Below, in pieces: positions 31,501 through 39,873 of a stretch of 64,000 nt of DNA. The stretch is from Myxococcota bacterium (GTDB lineage Bacteria > Myxococcota_A > UBA9160 > SMWR01): assembly GCA_035258825.1 (NCBI GenBank), contig DATFWW010000025.1, positions 17,805-81,804 of the forward strand, written 5' to 3'. Positions within the stretch are counted from its first letter, which is position 1. Every line of letters begins with the position of its first letter. The translations under genes were made by a program, and so were the position numbers. The notes under the pieces were generated by a model. That model made no database searches. It saw only the letters and a program-made list of their open reading frames with translations, and was not told the DNA's origin.

Positions 31501-33260
31501 GCTGCGACAGCGCCGCGCGCGAAACCAATACGCTGCAGTTCCCGCAGTCGGGCCCGTTCGGCGGGCTCGACTTCATGAACATGGAGGCATCGGTGCTCGT
31601 GCAGTCGTGGCTCGGCGTCGAGGGCACGCTGCCCGGGCAAACGACCAGCGACAATCTGCCACAGCCCGGCACGATCGGGCCGCTCGGCGCCGCGCAGGAG
31701 ATCAGCCCGGGCACCGCGCTGCGCGCGAACGTGCCGTTCCTCGGCGGACCGGCCTGCACGCGCTTCGTTGCGAGCCAGGGCCTCGTGAAGCTGCCGGGGT
31801 GCCGCGGGATCGCGGCGATGTCGGTGGTGTACACCGATCCGAACGGGGTTCCCGGCGACGCGGACGACATCCCGACGCGCGTGCAGGTGCAGTTCGAGGC
31901 CGGCTATCTGCCCTCGATCGACGGCTGCATCGTCGGCGACGTGATCCGCCAGCGCGGCGGCGCGCCCGCGGTGCCCGTGGTGGCGATGGGCGCATCCGCG
32001 GAGCTCACGCGCGAGCTCGCGCTGTGCAGCGGGGCCACCACGCACCGCGCCGTGCCCGAAATGCTGATCGCGGGCTTCGACGCCAACCAGAACCCGATCC
32101 AGGTCGCCAACCCCGCCTGCGCGGCGCGCACCGCGCGCGGCGCGTCGATCGTCGAGAACGGCGCGACGCGGCGCGTGTTCATCTGCCGGGCAGAGGAGGT
32201 GACGCTCGCGGACCTGCCGCTGATCCACCCGACCGCGGGCTGCATCGACTCGCCCACCAACCCGCGCGGCGTGCCGAGCTGCTTCGAATGGGCCAACCGC
32301 GATCTCGTCGCGGAGCTGTTCGCGGGCACCGCGCAGCTGTTCCAGAACGAGCTCGCCGCGTTCTCCGACAACTTCCTCGCCTTCCTGGCGATCTCCTCGT
32401 GCGATCTGCGCTCGAAGGACCTCGACGGCAAGGACCACAATGCCGAGGGCGCACTCGCCGCCGACCCCGAGTGCTTCCTGCCCACCGCGCCGTACCAGCC
32501 CGGGCGCTGCTCGCTGTCCACGCCGCAGCTGTGCAAGAACGTGAAGAACTTCCTCGCCGCGGTCGGCGTCACGCGCAACACCGTGCGCGCGGCGGGCAAC
32601 GAGCGCTTCGGGCGCCGCACGTTCATCTGGCACAGCGGCGGCGAGGTGGTGCTGCGCTACGACCAGCACAACGTGCTCGGCTTCGCGACCGATTTCGCGG
32701 AGGACCATACCCAGACGAGCTGGGGGTTCGAGTTCACCTGGGTGGAGGGCGTCCCCTATTCGGATGCGGACGCGCTGAACGGGATCAGCAACACCGACGA
32801 GCTCAACTTCGCGGTGTCGGTCGACCGGCCGACCTTCATCCGCTTCGTCAACGCCGATCGCCCGGTGCTGTTCAACACGCAGTGGTTCGTGACCTACCTG
32901 TCGGACTACCGCCACGGCTTCACCGCGAACGGCCCGGTCAATGCGTTCTTCACGTTCGCGATGTCGACGGGCTACTACCAGGACCGCCTGATCCCACAGC
33001 TGCTCACGGTGTACGAGTTCGCGTCGCGATCGGGCGGCGTGCTGCCGTCGCTCGAGTACCGGTTTACCGACTCACTCTCGATCACGGGCGGCATGCTCTA
33101 CTTCTTCGGGCGCACCGAGCTGTCCGAGATGGCGGTGCGGGAGGTGTCGCCCGTGATCAACCGCGCGGGTCCCCACGCCTACCGCCAGCCGGTCGAGAAC
33201 GGCTTCTCCGGCATCCGAAAACGCGACGAGGTGTTCGTCAAGTTGCGCTGGACGTTCTAG
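28515..33260 (+). CDS. Giant (1581 aa) DUF1302-like outer-membrane beta-barrel protein with large Cys-rich insertions
   Basis: It has the signal peptide 'LRAAWLALALIPVGAHSAHA|VD' and the DUF1302-like core 'LKEAYLDFEAIDHRLWMRVGLQNIVWGKTEVFRVTDQWNPQDL'. The termini show alternating beta-strand patterns, and the C-terminus is the OMP signature 'VFVKLRWTF'. The start is ambiguous (TTG at 28515 or GVG-type GTG at 28572). Confidence 0.65.
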   Translation: MGRRGGRALGGGPIAAGAVVTGSTGFAPRRGSLRAAWLALALIPVGAHSAHAVDALDGRLELHGHVETQVRAISEKFSQELDLAQWYNVLDLEIDAHVLPQGWGPINVMSAHVRAEGRYDAIYSHGFGIFPSINTYGNNARRLPQRLRDAKDPDLAGVTPGPEGPAERIPDKRPAPFAPIGERRGIPDYDIFFRQAGGDDVTGTADDPARYANAKILDYRYALTDVRGPAGPGSTRVLGPWLPKNILVAEALGLDRANPLRGRIPATAIPSGWNGATGGAFNDPSAVRFFAGDPQLAGFSAAQLAGFSIDALDPNGAVATALFAPDSVISELSRGKCERAGIANCTVGTTFADPDGAGTYTVRALNQFPPRPLAGAGDFSLGTTVGGLAVPAFGGDFSGIVPCLDPTDPDLGGRQRGEAGPLLLEENSGCIPGSFDTVNQGGVTQYGSRVTSPQNIRFVGGRGEAPFRPAPDRSSTAVGNAALLDAQGLYLPSVGLRHTLRSGDLDPLMFNVSETDRAWNRGAAQERTKELKEAYLDFEAIDHRLWMRVGLQNIVWGKTEVFRVTDQWNPQDLGLSSLPTLEESRIALWSARAIYSLYDVGPLQDVRLEVAANLDKFVPADLGACGEPYAADSVCSLTYAIATHSYLGVGIAGVDRPETPWKDPSDLEIGGRIEWRWDRFTFALTDFWGHSDLPYADAIFFYDRSVDPATGRPVVARLPGQALGTCVHGGQIAPDPVNKPTPTSPGIAYSTSFASHPYSVTTAQKPYALSGGGTDSLPDGSPLDGTTAIRGGIGSDPDCLRPGGAPGFANAYTLDPPALVAATNALQFQSSNQQLFAWSCLATVGIASALEPSACAWTFFASGENLRSVNVPIGEAFATMFAGDPDGPTTVRNMQVVHNFQKDAALNGPLIAFPVASLNRLANNPQAPFDRNANGVVDNGAGCADDDPSTPCDLGGFDGFDTRTVRARFPGAPTLDSSLTNEQRALLGCGPFYGVRCDSAARETNTLQFPQSGPFGGLDFMNMEASVLVQSWLGVEGTLPGQTTSDNLPQPGTIGPLGAAQEISPGTALRANVPFLGGPACTRFVASQGLVKLPGCRGIAAMSVVYTDPNGVPGDADDIPTRVQVQFEAGYLPSIDGCIVGDVIRQRGGAPAVPVVAMGASAELTRELALCSGATTHRAVPEMLIAGFDANQNPIQVANPACAARTARGASIVENGATRRVFICRAEEVTLADLPLIHPTAGCIDSPTNPRGVPSCFEWANRDLVAELFAGTAQLFQNELAAFSDNFLAFLAISSCDLRSKDLDGKDHNAEGALAADPECFLPTAPYQPGRCSLSTPQLCKNVKNFLAAVGVTRNTVRAAGNERFGRRTFIWHSGGEVVLRYDQHNVLGFATDFAEDHTQTSWGFEFTWVEGVPYSDADALNGISNTDELNFAVSVDRPTFIRFVNADRPVLFNTQWFVTYLSDYRHGFTANGPVNAFFTFAMSTGYYQDRLIPQLLTVYEFASRSGGVLPSLEYRFTDSLSITGGMLYFFGRTELSEMAVREVSPVINRAGPHAYRQPVENGFSGIRKRDEVFVKLRWTF

Positions 33261-33763
33261 CGGGCCGTCGCATGGGCCCGCGCAATCGCCTGCTCGATCG
33301 CCGCGCGGATCAGCACGTCGTTGTCCTTCGAGATGAATCGGTGCACATAGCGCTCGAGGAAGAAGCGCATCACCGGGTTGAAGACGTGGTAGGTCTCCCG
33401 GAAGTGGATGCGCGTGCGTCCGCCGCCGAGGTCTTCGAGCCGGTGCCAGCCCTCCGCGCGCGACCAGAGCGGCTTGCCGACCGCCTCGTAGTGCGACGAG
33501 ACGTTGGGCACCACCTGCGTCACCCACTCCCACGACTGGCCGACGCCGCCCGAGAACAGGAAGCGCGGCACGCGGAAATAGCAGTGCCGGATCAGCCCGT
33601 CGCCGTGCTCGTCGCCCTCGTGGAGCACCTCGATCCGCACGTCGCGGTGCTCGATGATGCGCGGCTTGCCCGGCTCGGCGCGCTGGCGGACCGGCGGGTG
33701 CAGCGCGCGCCACACGAGCTCGGGCTTCGCGTCGATCTCGAACGAGAAGCTGTGGTCCTGCAT
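33257..33763 (-). CDS. SRPBCC (START/Bet v1-like) family protein
   Basis: This 168-aa protein has 'FSFEIDAKPELVWRALH...' and the beta-grip pattern typical of polyketide-cyclase/lipid-binding SRPBCC proteins. Only the last 168 codons of the long 33257..34429 ORF look coding. Confidence 0.7.
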   Translation of the reverse strand: MQDHSFSFEIDAKPELVWRALHPPVRQRAEPGKPRIIEHRDVRIEVLHEGDEHGDGLIRHCYFRVPRFLFSGGVGQSWEWVTQVVPNVSSHYEAVGKPLWSRAEGWHRLEDLGGGRTRIHFRETYHVFNPVMRFFLERYVHRFISKDNDVLIRAAIEQAIARAHATAR

Positions 33764-33813
33764 CGGGCGGGAGAGTAGTCCGGAAGTGCCGCGCGATCCG
33801 GTATCGTCGCGCC

Positions 33814-35196
33814 GTGGGATGCTGGGGGAGAAGCGCAGGTTGGGCGCTGGCCGCGTTCGTGCTGGCCGGCTGCTGGGGGCATCCGCGCGACCTGCGCGAT
33901 GCGGGCCGGCTCGGCCGCGTCGAGCTGGTCCGGCCCAAGGCGGAGGGGCCCCCGGACGACCTCGTCTACCTGTTCTCGGGAGTGGAGGGCGACTCCGCCG
34001 CGCTCCGGCGCACGGCGCGCAAGCTCGCCGAAGACAACTCCGCGGTGGTGGTGGTCGATCTCCCGTCGTACCTGCACGGGCTCGCCGCGAGCGACGACGG
34101 CTGCCACTACGTGATCGCGGAGCTCGAGGATCTCGGGCACCAGCTCGAGCGCGAGCTCGGCTTCCCCGTGTATCGCTCGCCCGTGCTCGCCGGCGTCGGC
34201 GCCGGGGGCACGCTTGCCTATGCGGCGCTCGCGCAGTCGCCTGCGGCGACGGTGGGCGGCGCAGTCGCGGTGGACCCCACGCCTTCCCTCCACACGCGCG
34301 TGGAGCTCTGCGAGGGACCCCCCGCGGCGGGAGCTCCCGCACACCCGGCGCGCGGGGGCGGGTTCGCCTACGGACCCGCGCCCGACCTGCCGGCCCGGCT
34401 GCGCATCGCGACCAGCGGTCCGCCGTCACCCGAGCTGCGCGCGATCGCGGCCGCGTCGCCGCGCGTCGAGCTCGTCGCCGCGGCGCCCGGCGACGTCGCC
34501 GCGAGGATCGCCGCCGCGCTCGATCCGCTGCTGGGCGGCGAGGGCGCGGAGGGCGACGTGGCGGGAACGCTGGAGGATCTGCCGCTGATCGACATCCCGG
34601 CCGTCAAGCCGCAGCGGCTAGTCGCGGTGATCTGGTCCGGCGACGGCGGCTGGCGCGACCTCGACAAGACGATCGGAGAGATCCTCGCCCAGCGCGGCGT
34701 GCCGGTCGTGGGGGTCGACTCGCTGCGTTATTTCTGGAGCAAGCGCGAGGCCGACCAGGTGGCGTCCGACCTCGCCCGGATCCTCGCGGCCGCGCGCGAG
34801 GCGTGGCACACACCCGACGCGCTCGTGATCGGCTACTCGTTCGGTGCGGACGTGTTGCCGTTCGCGATCAACCGGCTGCCCGCGTCCGAGCGCAGCCACG
34901 TAGTGCTGCTCTCGCTGCTCGGACTCGAGGCGAACGCGCCGTTCGAGATCGAGGTGACCGGGTGGCTCGGTGCCACGGACGAGGAGGCCCCGCTCGTGCT
35001 GCCCGAGCTCCTGCGCTTCGACCTCTCGCGACTGCAGTGCGTGTACGGCGAGGATGAGGACGATTCGCTCTGCCGCGCGCCCGAGCTCGCCGGCGCCGAG
35101 ATAGTGAAGTTCCCGGGCGGCCACCACTTCGACGAGGACTACGAGAAGGTCGCCGACGCGATCCTCCAGAGCGCGCAGCGCCGCGAGCGTCGTTGA
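33814..35196 (+). CDS. acvB: AcvB/VirJ-family protein (putative lysyl-phosphatidylglycerol hydrolase)
   Basis: It has the lipoprotein-like N-terminus 'AAFVLAGCWG'. The VirJ alpha/beta-hydrolase region reads 'LVAVIWSGDGGWRDLDKTIGEILAQRGVPVVGVDSLRYFWS...LVIGYSFGADVLPF', and an N-terminal degenerate copy is also present. Confidence 0.8.
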   Translation: MGCWGRSAGWALAAFVLAGCWGHPRDLRDAGRLGRVELVRPKAEGPPDDLVYLFSGVEGDSAALRRTARKLAEDNSAVVVVDLPSYLHGLAASDDGCHYVIAELEDLGHQLERELGFPVYRSPVLAGVGAGGTLAYAALAQSPAATVGGAVAVDPTPSLHTRVELCEGPPAAGAPAHPARGGGFAYGPAPDLPARLRIATSGPPSPELRAIAAASPRVELVAAAPGDVAARIAAALDPLLGGEGAEGDVAGTLEDLPLIDIPAVKPQRLVAVIWSGDGGWRDLDKTIGEILAQRGVPVVGVDSLRYFWSKREADQVASDLARILAAAREAWHTPDALVIGYSFGADVLPFAINRLPASERSHVVLLSLLGLEANAPFEIEVTGWLGATDEEAPLVLPELLRFDLSRLQCVYGEDEDDSLCRAPELAGAEIVKFPGGHHFDEDYEKVADAILQSAQRRERR

Positions 35197-35212
35197 GCGC
35201 GCCGCGGGCCTG

Positions 35213-37765
35213 CTATTTGGACACGATCCCCGTCACGCCGCCCGAGATCAGCGCGGCCACGTCGGTGAGCACGCCGGCCAGCGCGAAGCCGCCCGGCGCG
35301 GCGAGGTAGCGCGGCTCCCAGACCGGGTCGAACTTGTCCTTGAACGAGCGCAGTCCCTGGAAGTTGTAGAACTGCTCGCCGTGGGCGAACACGATCGCGC
35401 CGACGCGGCTCCACAGCGGGGCGAGCCGGTGCCGCTCGAGGCCAGCCAGCGGCGCCATGCCGAGATCGCACCAGCGATAGCCCTGCGTGCGGCCCCACTG
35501 GAGGATCTCGATGAACAGGAAGTCCATCACGCCGCTCGGCGCGTCGGTGGAATAGCGCATCAGGTCGACCGACAACTCGTTTCGCGGATCGGGCGCCCAG
35601 AGGTTCGCGAACGCGACGATGTGGTCCTCGTGGCGCACGATCGCGATCGGCGTGCGCGCGAGGTAGTCGGCCGCGAACGAGCCGAGCGAGAATCGCTTCT
35701 CGCGCGTGTTCTTGTCGCCGAGCCACTCGTCGGAGATCTCGCGTAAGCGCGGGATCAGCGGGGGCACCGCGGACGGCGGCACCACGTCGAGCGTGAGGCC
35801 CACGCGCTGGAGGCGGTTGTAGGTCGCGCGCAGGCCCTTGCGGCGCCCGCCCGAGAGCGAGAAATCGGTCAGCTGCACGCGAGCCGACTCGCCGAGCTTG
35901 CGCAGATCGAGGCCGAGATCGAGGTAGACGGGCAGATCGTCCGGGCGCACCTGGTAGAACGCGACCAGCCCGCCGTGCTGGTCGGCGAGCTCGAAGAACC
36001 GCCAGGCGAGCTCGCGCCGGACGTCGGGGGGGCCGACCGGGTCGCCCATCGAGATCCAGCTGCGGCGCTGGACGCCGTACATCACGAAGCCGGTGCCCGA
36101 CTCGTGCAGGAGCACGCGCTTGTCGCCGAGCAACGCGAGATGCGCGCAGGCGGCTGTCGAGGCGTCGACGATCTTCGCGATCGGCTCGAGCGCCACGGGT
36201 TCGGGCGGCGTCGCGGGCGGGCGCGCGGGCCGCAGCAGGCGCGCGAGTGCGAACGCGGAGAGCAGGAGGCTCCCGCCCGCGAGCGCGCGCAGCGAGCGCG
36301 GAGCGTCGCCCGTGAACTCGAACTCCCACCAGAGCTGATTGGAATACTCGACGTGCCGGTTCGCGAGCAGCACGACGTAGAGCGTGCCGAGCAGGATCCC
36401 CGCGATGCCCATCGTCCAGGCTGGCGTGAACGACTGGGCGAACAGCGAGCTGCGCCGGTAGAAGAAGCGGCGGCACGGCGCCAGCGCGAGGCCCATCACG
36501 AGCAGCACCAGCGCCTCCTCCCAGTCGAGGCCCTTGAGCAGCGAGAAGCCGGCGCCGCCGAACAGCAGCGCGAGTGTCAGCGCGTATCCGGCGTCCACGC
36601 GCTGCTGCACCGCGCGCGCGAGCAGCAGCAACCCGACGCCGATCACGCTGCCGAGGAAGTGCGAGACCTCGACGACCGGCTCGGGGAGCATGAGATGCAG
36701 CAGGGCGATGCGCGCCGGCATGGCCGGCGTCGAGCCCGACACGAGCAGCAGCGCGCCGGCCGCGAGCGTCGCGACGCTGAAGAAGCGCGGCACGATCTCC
36801 GGCAGCCACTGCCCGATCAGCGATCCCGCGCGCGCGAACACGCGCCTGCGCTGGAGCATCTCGAAGCCCGCGAACAGCGCGATCGCGAGTACGAACGGGA
36901 TCAGGTAGTAGACGCAGCGATAGGCGAGCGCGGTGCCCAGCACGACATCGGGCGTGTGCCACGGCGCCAGCAGCATCACCATCGCGGTCTCGAACACGCC
37001 GAGACCGGCCGGCACGTGGCTGACCAGTCCCGCCACCTGCGCGATCAGGAAGATCCCCATGAAGCGCGCAAAGCCGAGCTCGGTCCCGTGCGGAAGCAGC
37101 ACGTAGAACGCGGCGGCGGCGAGCGTCCAGTCCACCGCGGAGAGCACCGTCTGCGCCGCGCTGATCCGCGGGCCCGGGATCTCGATCGAGAGCTCTCCGA
37201 CGTCGAGGTCGCGCCGGCGGCCGACGAAGAAGATCCAGTAGGCGGCGGTCAGCAGCGCGAAGACGGCGCCGAGCGGGCGCGTAGTGGCGATTCCGTGCCA
37301 GGGGCCGGGCAGCGCGACGGGATCGGCGAGCAGCAGCAGCGCGCCGAGTGCGAAGAAGCCCAGCCACAGCGTCACGAAATTGAACGCGATCGCTCGGCCG
37401 AGCTCGGCGGGCGGAACGCCCCAGCTCGAGTACATGCGATAGCGCACCGCGCTGCCGCCGAGGAACGACAGCCCGACGTTGTGGCTGAAGACGTAGGCGA
37501 TGAACGAAGCCAACGCGATCCGCCGCAGCGCGAGCTGCCGCCCGATCCAGCGGAACGCCAGCAGGTCGTATCCGGTCAGCGCCACGTAGCCCGCGAACGT
37601 GAACCCCAGCGCGGCGGCCAGCTGGCGGGCGGGGATCGCGAGCAGGCGCCCGATCACGTCGGCCATGTGATAGGCCGCGAGCTCGCGGTGGAGGATCGCG
37701 ATCGTCGCGGCGAACAGCGCCAGGCCCACGATCGGAGCGATCGCGGCGAGCAAACGCTCCTTCAT
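35213..37765 (-). CDS. mprF: Bifunctional lysyl-phosphatidylglycerol flippase/synthase MprF (LpiA)
   Basis: This 850-aa protein has an N-terminal ~14-TM flippase domain. The C-terminal aminoacyl-PG synthase domain ends '...FYNFQGLRSFKDKFDPVWEPRYLAAPGG'. Confidence 0.9.
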   Translation of the reverse strand: MKERLLAAIAPIVGLALFAATIAILHRELAAYHMADVIGRLLAIPARQLAAALGFTFAGYVALTGYDLLAFRWIGRQLALRRIALASFIAYVFSHNVGLSFLGGSAVRYRMYSSWGVPPAELGRAIAFNFVTLWLGFFALGALLLLADPVALPGPWHGIATTRPLGAVFALLTAAYWIFFVGRRRDLDVGELSIEIPGPRISAAQTVLSAVDWTLAAAAFYVLLPHGTELGFARFMGIFLIAQVAGLVSHVPAGLGVFETAMVMLLAPWHTPDVVLGTALAYRCVYYLIPFVLAIALFAGFEMLQRRRVFARAGSLIGQWLPEIVPRFFSVATLAAGALLLVSGSTPAMPARIALLHLMLPEPVVEVSHFLGSVIGVGLLLLARAVQQRVDAGYALTLALLFGGAGFSLLKGLDWEEALVLLVMGLALAPCRRFFYRRSSLFAQSFTPAWTMGIAGILLGTLYVVLLANRHVEYSNQLWWEFEFTGDAPRSLRALAGGSLLLSAFALARLLRPARPPATPPEPVALEPIAKIVDASTAACAHLALLGDKRVLLHESGTGFVMYGVQRRSWISMGDPVGPPDVRRELAWRFFELADQHGGLVAFYQVRPDDLPVYLDLGLDLRKLGESARVQLTDFSLSGGRRKGLRATYNRLQRVGLTLDVVPPSAVPPLIPRLREISDEWLGDKNTREKRFSLGSFAADYLARTPIAIVRHEDHIVAFANLWAPDPRNELSVDLMRYSTDAPSGVMDFLFIEILQWGRTQGYRWCDLGMAPLAGLERHRLAPLWSRVGAIVFAHGEQFYNFQGLRSFKDKFDPVWEPRYLAAPGGFALAGVLTDVAALISGGVTGIVSK

Positions 37766-37830
37766 GCGAATCTCTCCGGTGCGGGCGGCTGGACGCCGCC
37801 GGACAACAAGTTTAGACGGGAGGAACCACC

Positions 37831-38418
37831 GTGCATGTTCTGTTCTGGATCGCGACGGGGATGGCGATCGGCGTCACAATCGGCGCCGCGTGGGGCAGCT
37901 GGGCCGCGGGGAGCCGCCGCGCGGCCGGGATCCCGGTGGTCGCTGGGCCGGGTGCCCCGGACCTCGACGCGCTGATCTCCGGGCTGGGCGAGCTCGAGCG
38001 CGGCGTGTTCGCCCGGCTGCTGCACCGCCAGCGCACCGTGCGCGACATCACGGCCGAGTTCGAGCGGCAGCTCACGTTCGGCGAGCGCCTCGCCGACCGG
38101 ATCGCGGCGTTCGGCGGGAGCTGGGGATTCATCACCACCTTCCTCGCGGCGCTGCTCGCCTGGATCGCCTACAACGCCGAACGCCCGGCGAGCTTCGATC
38201 CCTATCCGTTCATTCTGCTGAACCTCGTGCTCTCGTGCCTCGCGGCGCTTCAGGCGCCCGTGATCATGATGAGCCAGAACCGCATGGCGGCGAAGGACCG
38301 GCTCGACGCGCGCCACGACTACGAGGTCAATCTCAAGGCCGAGATCGAGATCATGCAGCTCCACTCCAAGATCGACGAGATCTCGCTGCGGATCGGCGCC
38401 GACACCTCCCTCACCTAG
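37831..38418 (+). CDS. DUF1003 membrane protein
   Basis: It contains 'FGGSWGFITTFLAALLAWIAYN...FDPYPFILLNLVLSCLAALQAPVIMMSQNRMAAKDRLDARHDYEVNLKAEIEI'. The GTG start has GGGAGG upstream. Confidence 0.8.
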   Translation: MHVLFWIATGMAIGVTIGAAWGSWAAGSRRAAGIPVVAGPGAPDLDALISGLGELERGVFARLLHRQRTVRDITAEFERQLTFGERLADRIAAFGGSWGFITTFLAALLAWIAYNAERPASFDPYPFILLNLVLSCLAALQAPVIMMSQNRMAAKDRLDARHDYEVNLKAEIEIMQLHSKIDEISLRIGADTSLT

Positions 38419-39872
38419 CGCGGTCGCTCGAGGAACGCCGAGGAGGTCCGGTAGCGCAGCTCGTCCTCCGCGATCGGGATCGACTGCGCGTCGAAGGATT
38501 CCCGGCGCCACGCGCTGCCGTCGCGCTCGTCGAAGAACACCTCCGCTGCCGGGTCGAATACCGAGGCCGGCTCGCCGCCGGGCCATGCGGGGTAGCCCGG
38601 CCGGTCGCCGCTCCAGCGGTGCAACAGGATGCCGACCCCGGCGCGGTGATCGCTGCGCCGCTCCGCGATCACGTAGAGCGGCTGCTGTGTCTGCGTGTCG
38701 ACATAGAGCGTGAGCCAATCGTAGTCGCGACCGGTCTCGCGCAGCGCACCCTGGATCGCGACGGCCTGCCGCACGTCCCAGCGGTCGTCCGCGAGCGAGA
38801 GGCCGCTCGGTCCGAAGTCGCGATCGGGGTCGGACGGGTAGCCGCCGCGCGCTGCATTCAGCGGCGCGATCACCTCCCGGACGCCCAGCACGCGCCAGAC
38901 GTAGGCGTTCGGGCGGATCTCCAACCCGGTGAAGCCGCGCGCGGCGTTCTCGGTGAGCGAGGCCGCCGCCCCCGCCGCGGCCACGCCGCCGGCGCCGATC
39001 ACGCCGCCCGGCGCGCGATGGCGCGGCAGATAGAGCCCGTCCACCCACGCGGTCGAGGCGCGCCGCACCTTGCGCAGCGCCGGTGTGAACACGAACACGT
39101 CATCGGGCAGCCCGAACCGCTGTGCCGCGGCGGCCGCGCGCGTCTGCTGCCACGCCACGCCGCGCGCGTCGGCGGGTTCGGCGAAGCGGCCGCCCGCCAC
39201 CCACGCGGCCGATCCGGCCGCGGGCGCGCCCGGGAGCGCGAGGTCGGCGCGGTGCGCGATCAGGTGCTGGAACCAGCTGCCCTGCGAGATCTCCTCGTCG
39301 CCCGCGCCCGCCCATTCGGTGATGCGGAAACGGGCGCTCGGGCCCGCGCCGCGATTTCGGAGCTCGGCATTCCAGGCCCAGCGCGCGCCCGCGTCGCTCC
39401 CCGCCCCGTCGATCGTCTCCGGGGGGAACGGCAGCCCCGCGGTGTAGCCGGTGAGGTTGCCGTCGGCGTCGAGTCGCGCGCGCCCCGCGAAGCGCTCGGT
39501 GGCGAGCCGATAGGCGCTCGGCACCGGATAGCGGCGGTGGCACGCGCCGATCGCCATGCGCATCTCCTCGTGGAAGAACGCGTCGCGATGGCGCCAGACC
39601 TCGGGGGGTAGCAACGCGGAGAGCCGCAGCAGGTCGGCGCGCGCGAGCACCATGCCCTCGGCAACGCGCTCCGCGGTCGAGCCCGGCGACGGCTCGCCGA
39701 ACGCCGGACACGCGTGCTCGGGGGGTAGCTCGCCGGCGAAACCGGAGGCGGTCACCGACCCGATGACGAGCGCGGCGAGCGAAGGCAAGACTCGTGAGCA
39801 GCGCGATCGCAGCACGCGCGAGCCCCCCTCCCGCGCCGATTCTATACCCTCCCGGCGAGGAGGCCCGCGCAT
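38415..39872 (-). CDS. DUF1329 family protein (LolA-like fold, usual partner of DUF1302)
   Basis: It contains 'GYTAGLPFP', 'WAWNAELRNRG', 'FTPALRKVRRAS', 'YVWRVLGVREVIAPLN' and 'RWDVRQAVAIQGAL...DYDWLTLYVDTQTQQPLYV'. These follow the order of conserved DUF1329 blocks. The start is uncertain (ATG at 39872 or GTG at 39815). Confidence 0.75.
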   Translation of the reverse strand: MRGPPRREGIESAREGGSRVLRSRCSRVLPSLAALVIGSVTASGFAGELPPEHACPAFGEPSPGSTAERVAEGMVLARADLLRLSALLPPEVWRHRDAFFHEEMRMAIGACHRRYPVPSAYRLATERFAGRARLDADGNLTGYTAGLPFPPETIDGAGSDAGARWAWNAELRNRGAGPSARFRITEWAGAGDEEISQGSWFQHLIAHRADLALPGAPAAGSAAWVAGGRFAEPADARGVAWQQTRAAAAAQRFGLPDDVFVFTPALRKVRRASTAWVDGLYLPRHRAPGGVIGAGGVAAAGAAASLTENAARGFTGLEIRPNAYVWRVLGVREVIAPLNAARGGYPSDPDRDFGPSGLSLADDRWDVRQAVAIQGALRETGRDYDWLTLYVDTQTQQPLYVIAERRSDHRAGVGILLHRWSGDRPGYPAWPGGEPASVFDPAAEVFFDERDGSAWRRESFDAQSIPIAEDELRYRTSSAFLERPR

Positions 39873-39873
39873 C

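Noticed and set aside
28761-32915. A 1384-codon antisense ORF opposite the giant OMP gene. Similar long antisense or alternate-frame ORFs occur at 42678..46733, 14121..17033, 4872..6716, 35139..37367, 35975..37975, 52041..54050 (upstream part), 55976..57940 and 22572..24212.
   Set aside because: All have extreme Arg/Ala/Gly/Pro composition and no recognisable motifs. All lie opposite or out of frame to genes with strong family signatures. They are GC-driven shadow ORFs.
33764-34429. The N-terminal 222 codons of the minus-strand ORF 33257..34429.
   Set aside because: The translation is Arg/Pro/Ala-rich junk that overlaps the well-supported acvB/virJ gene on the other strand. The SRPBCC domain begins at the internal ATG at 33763.
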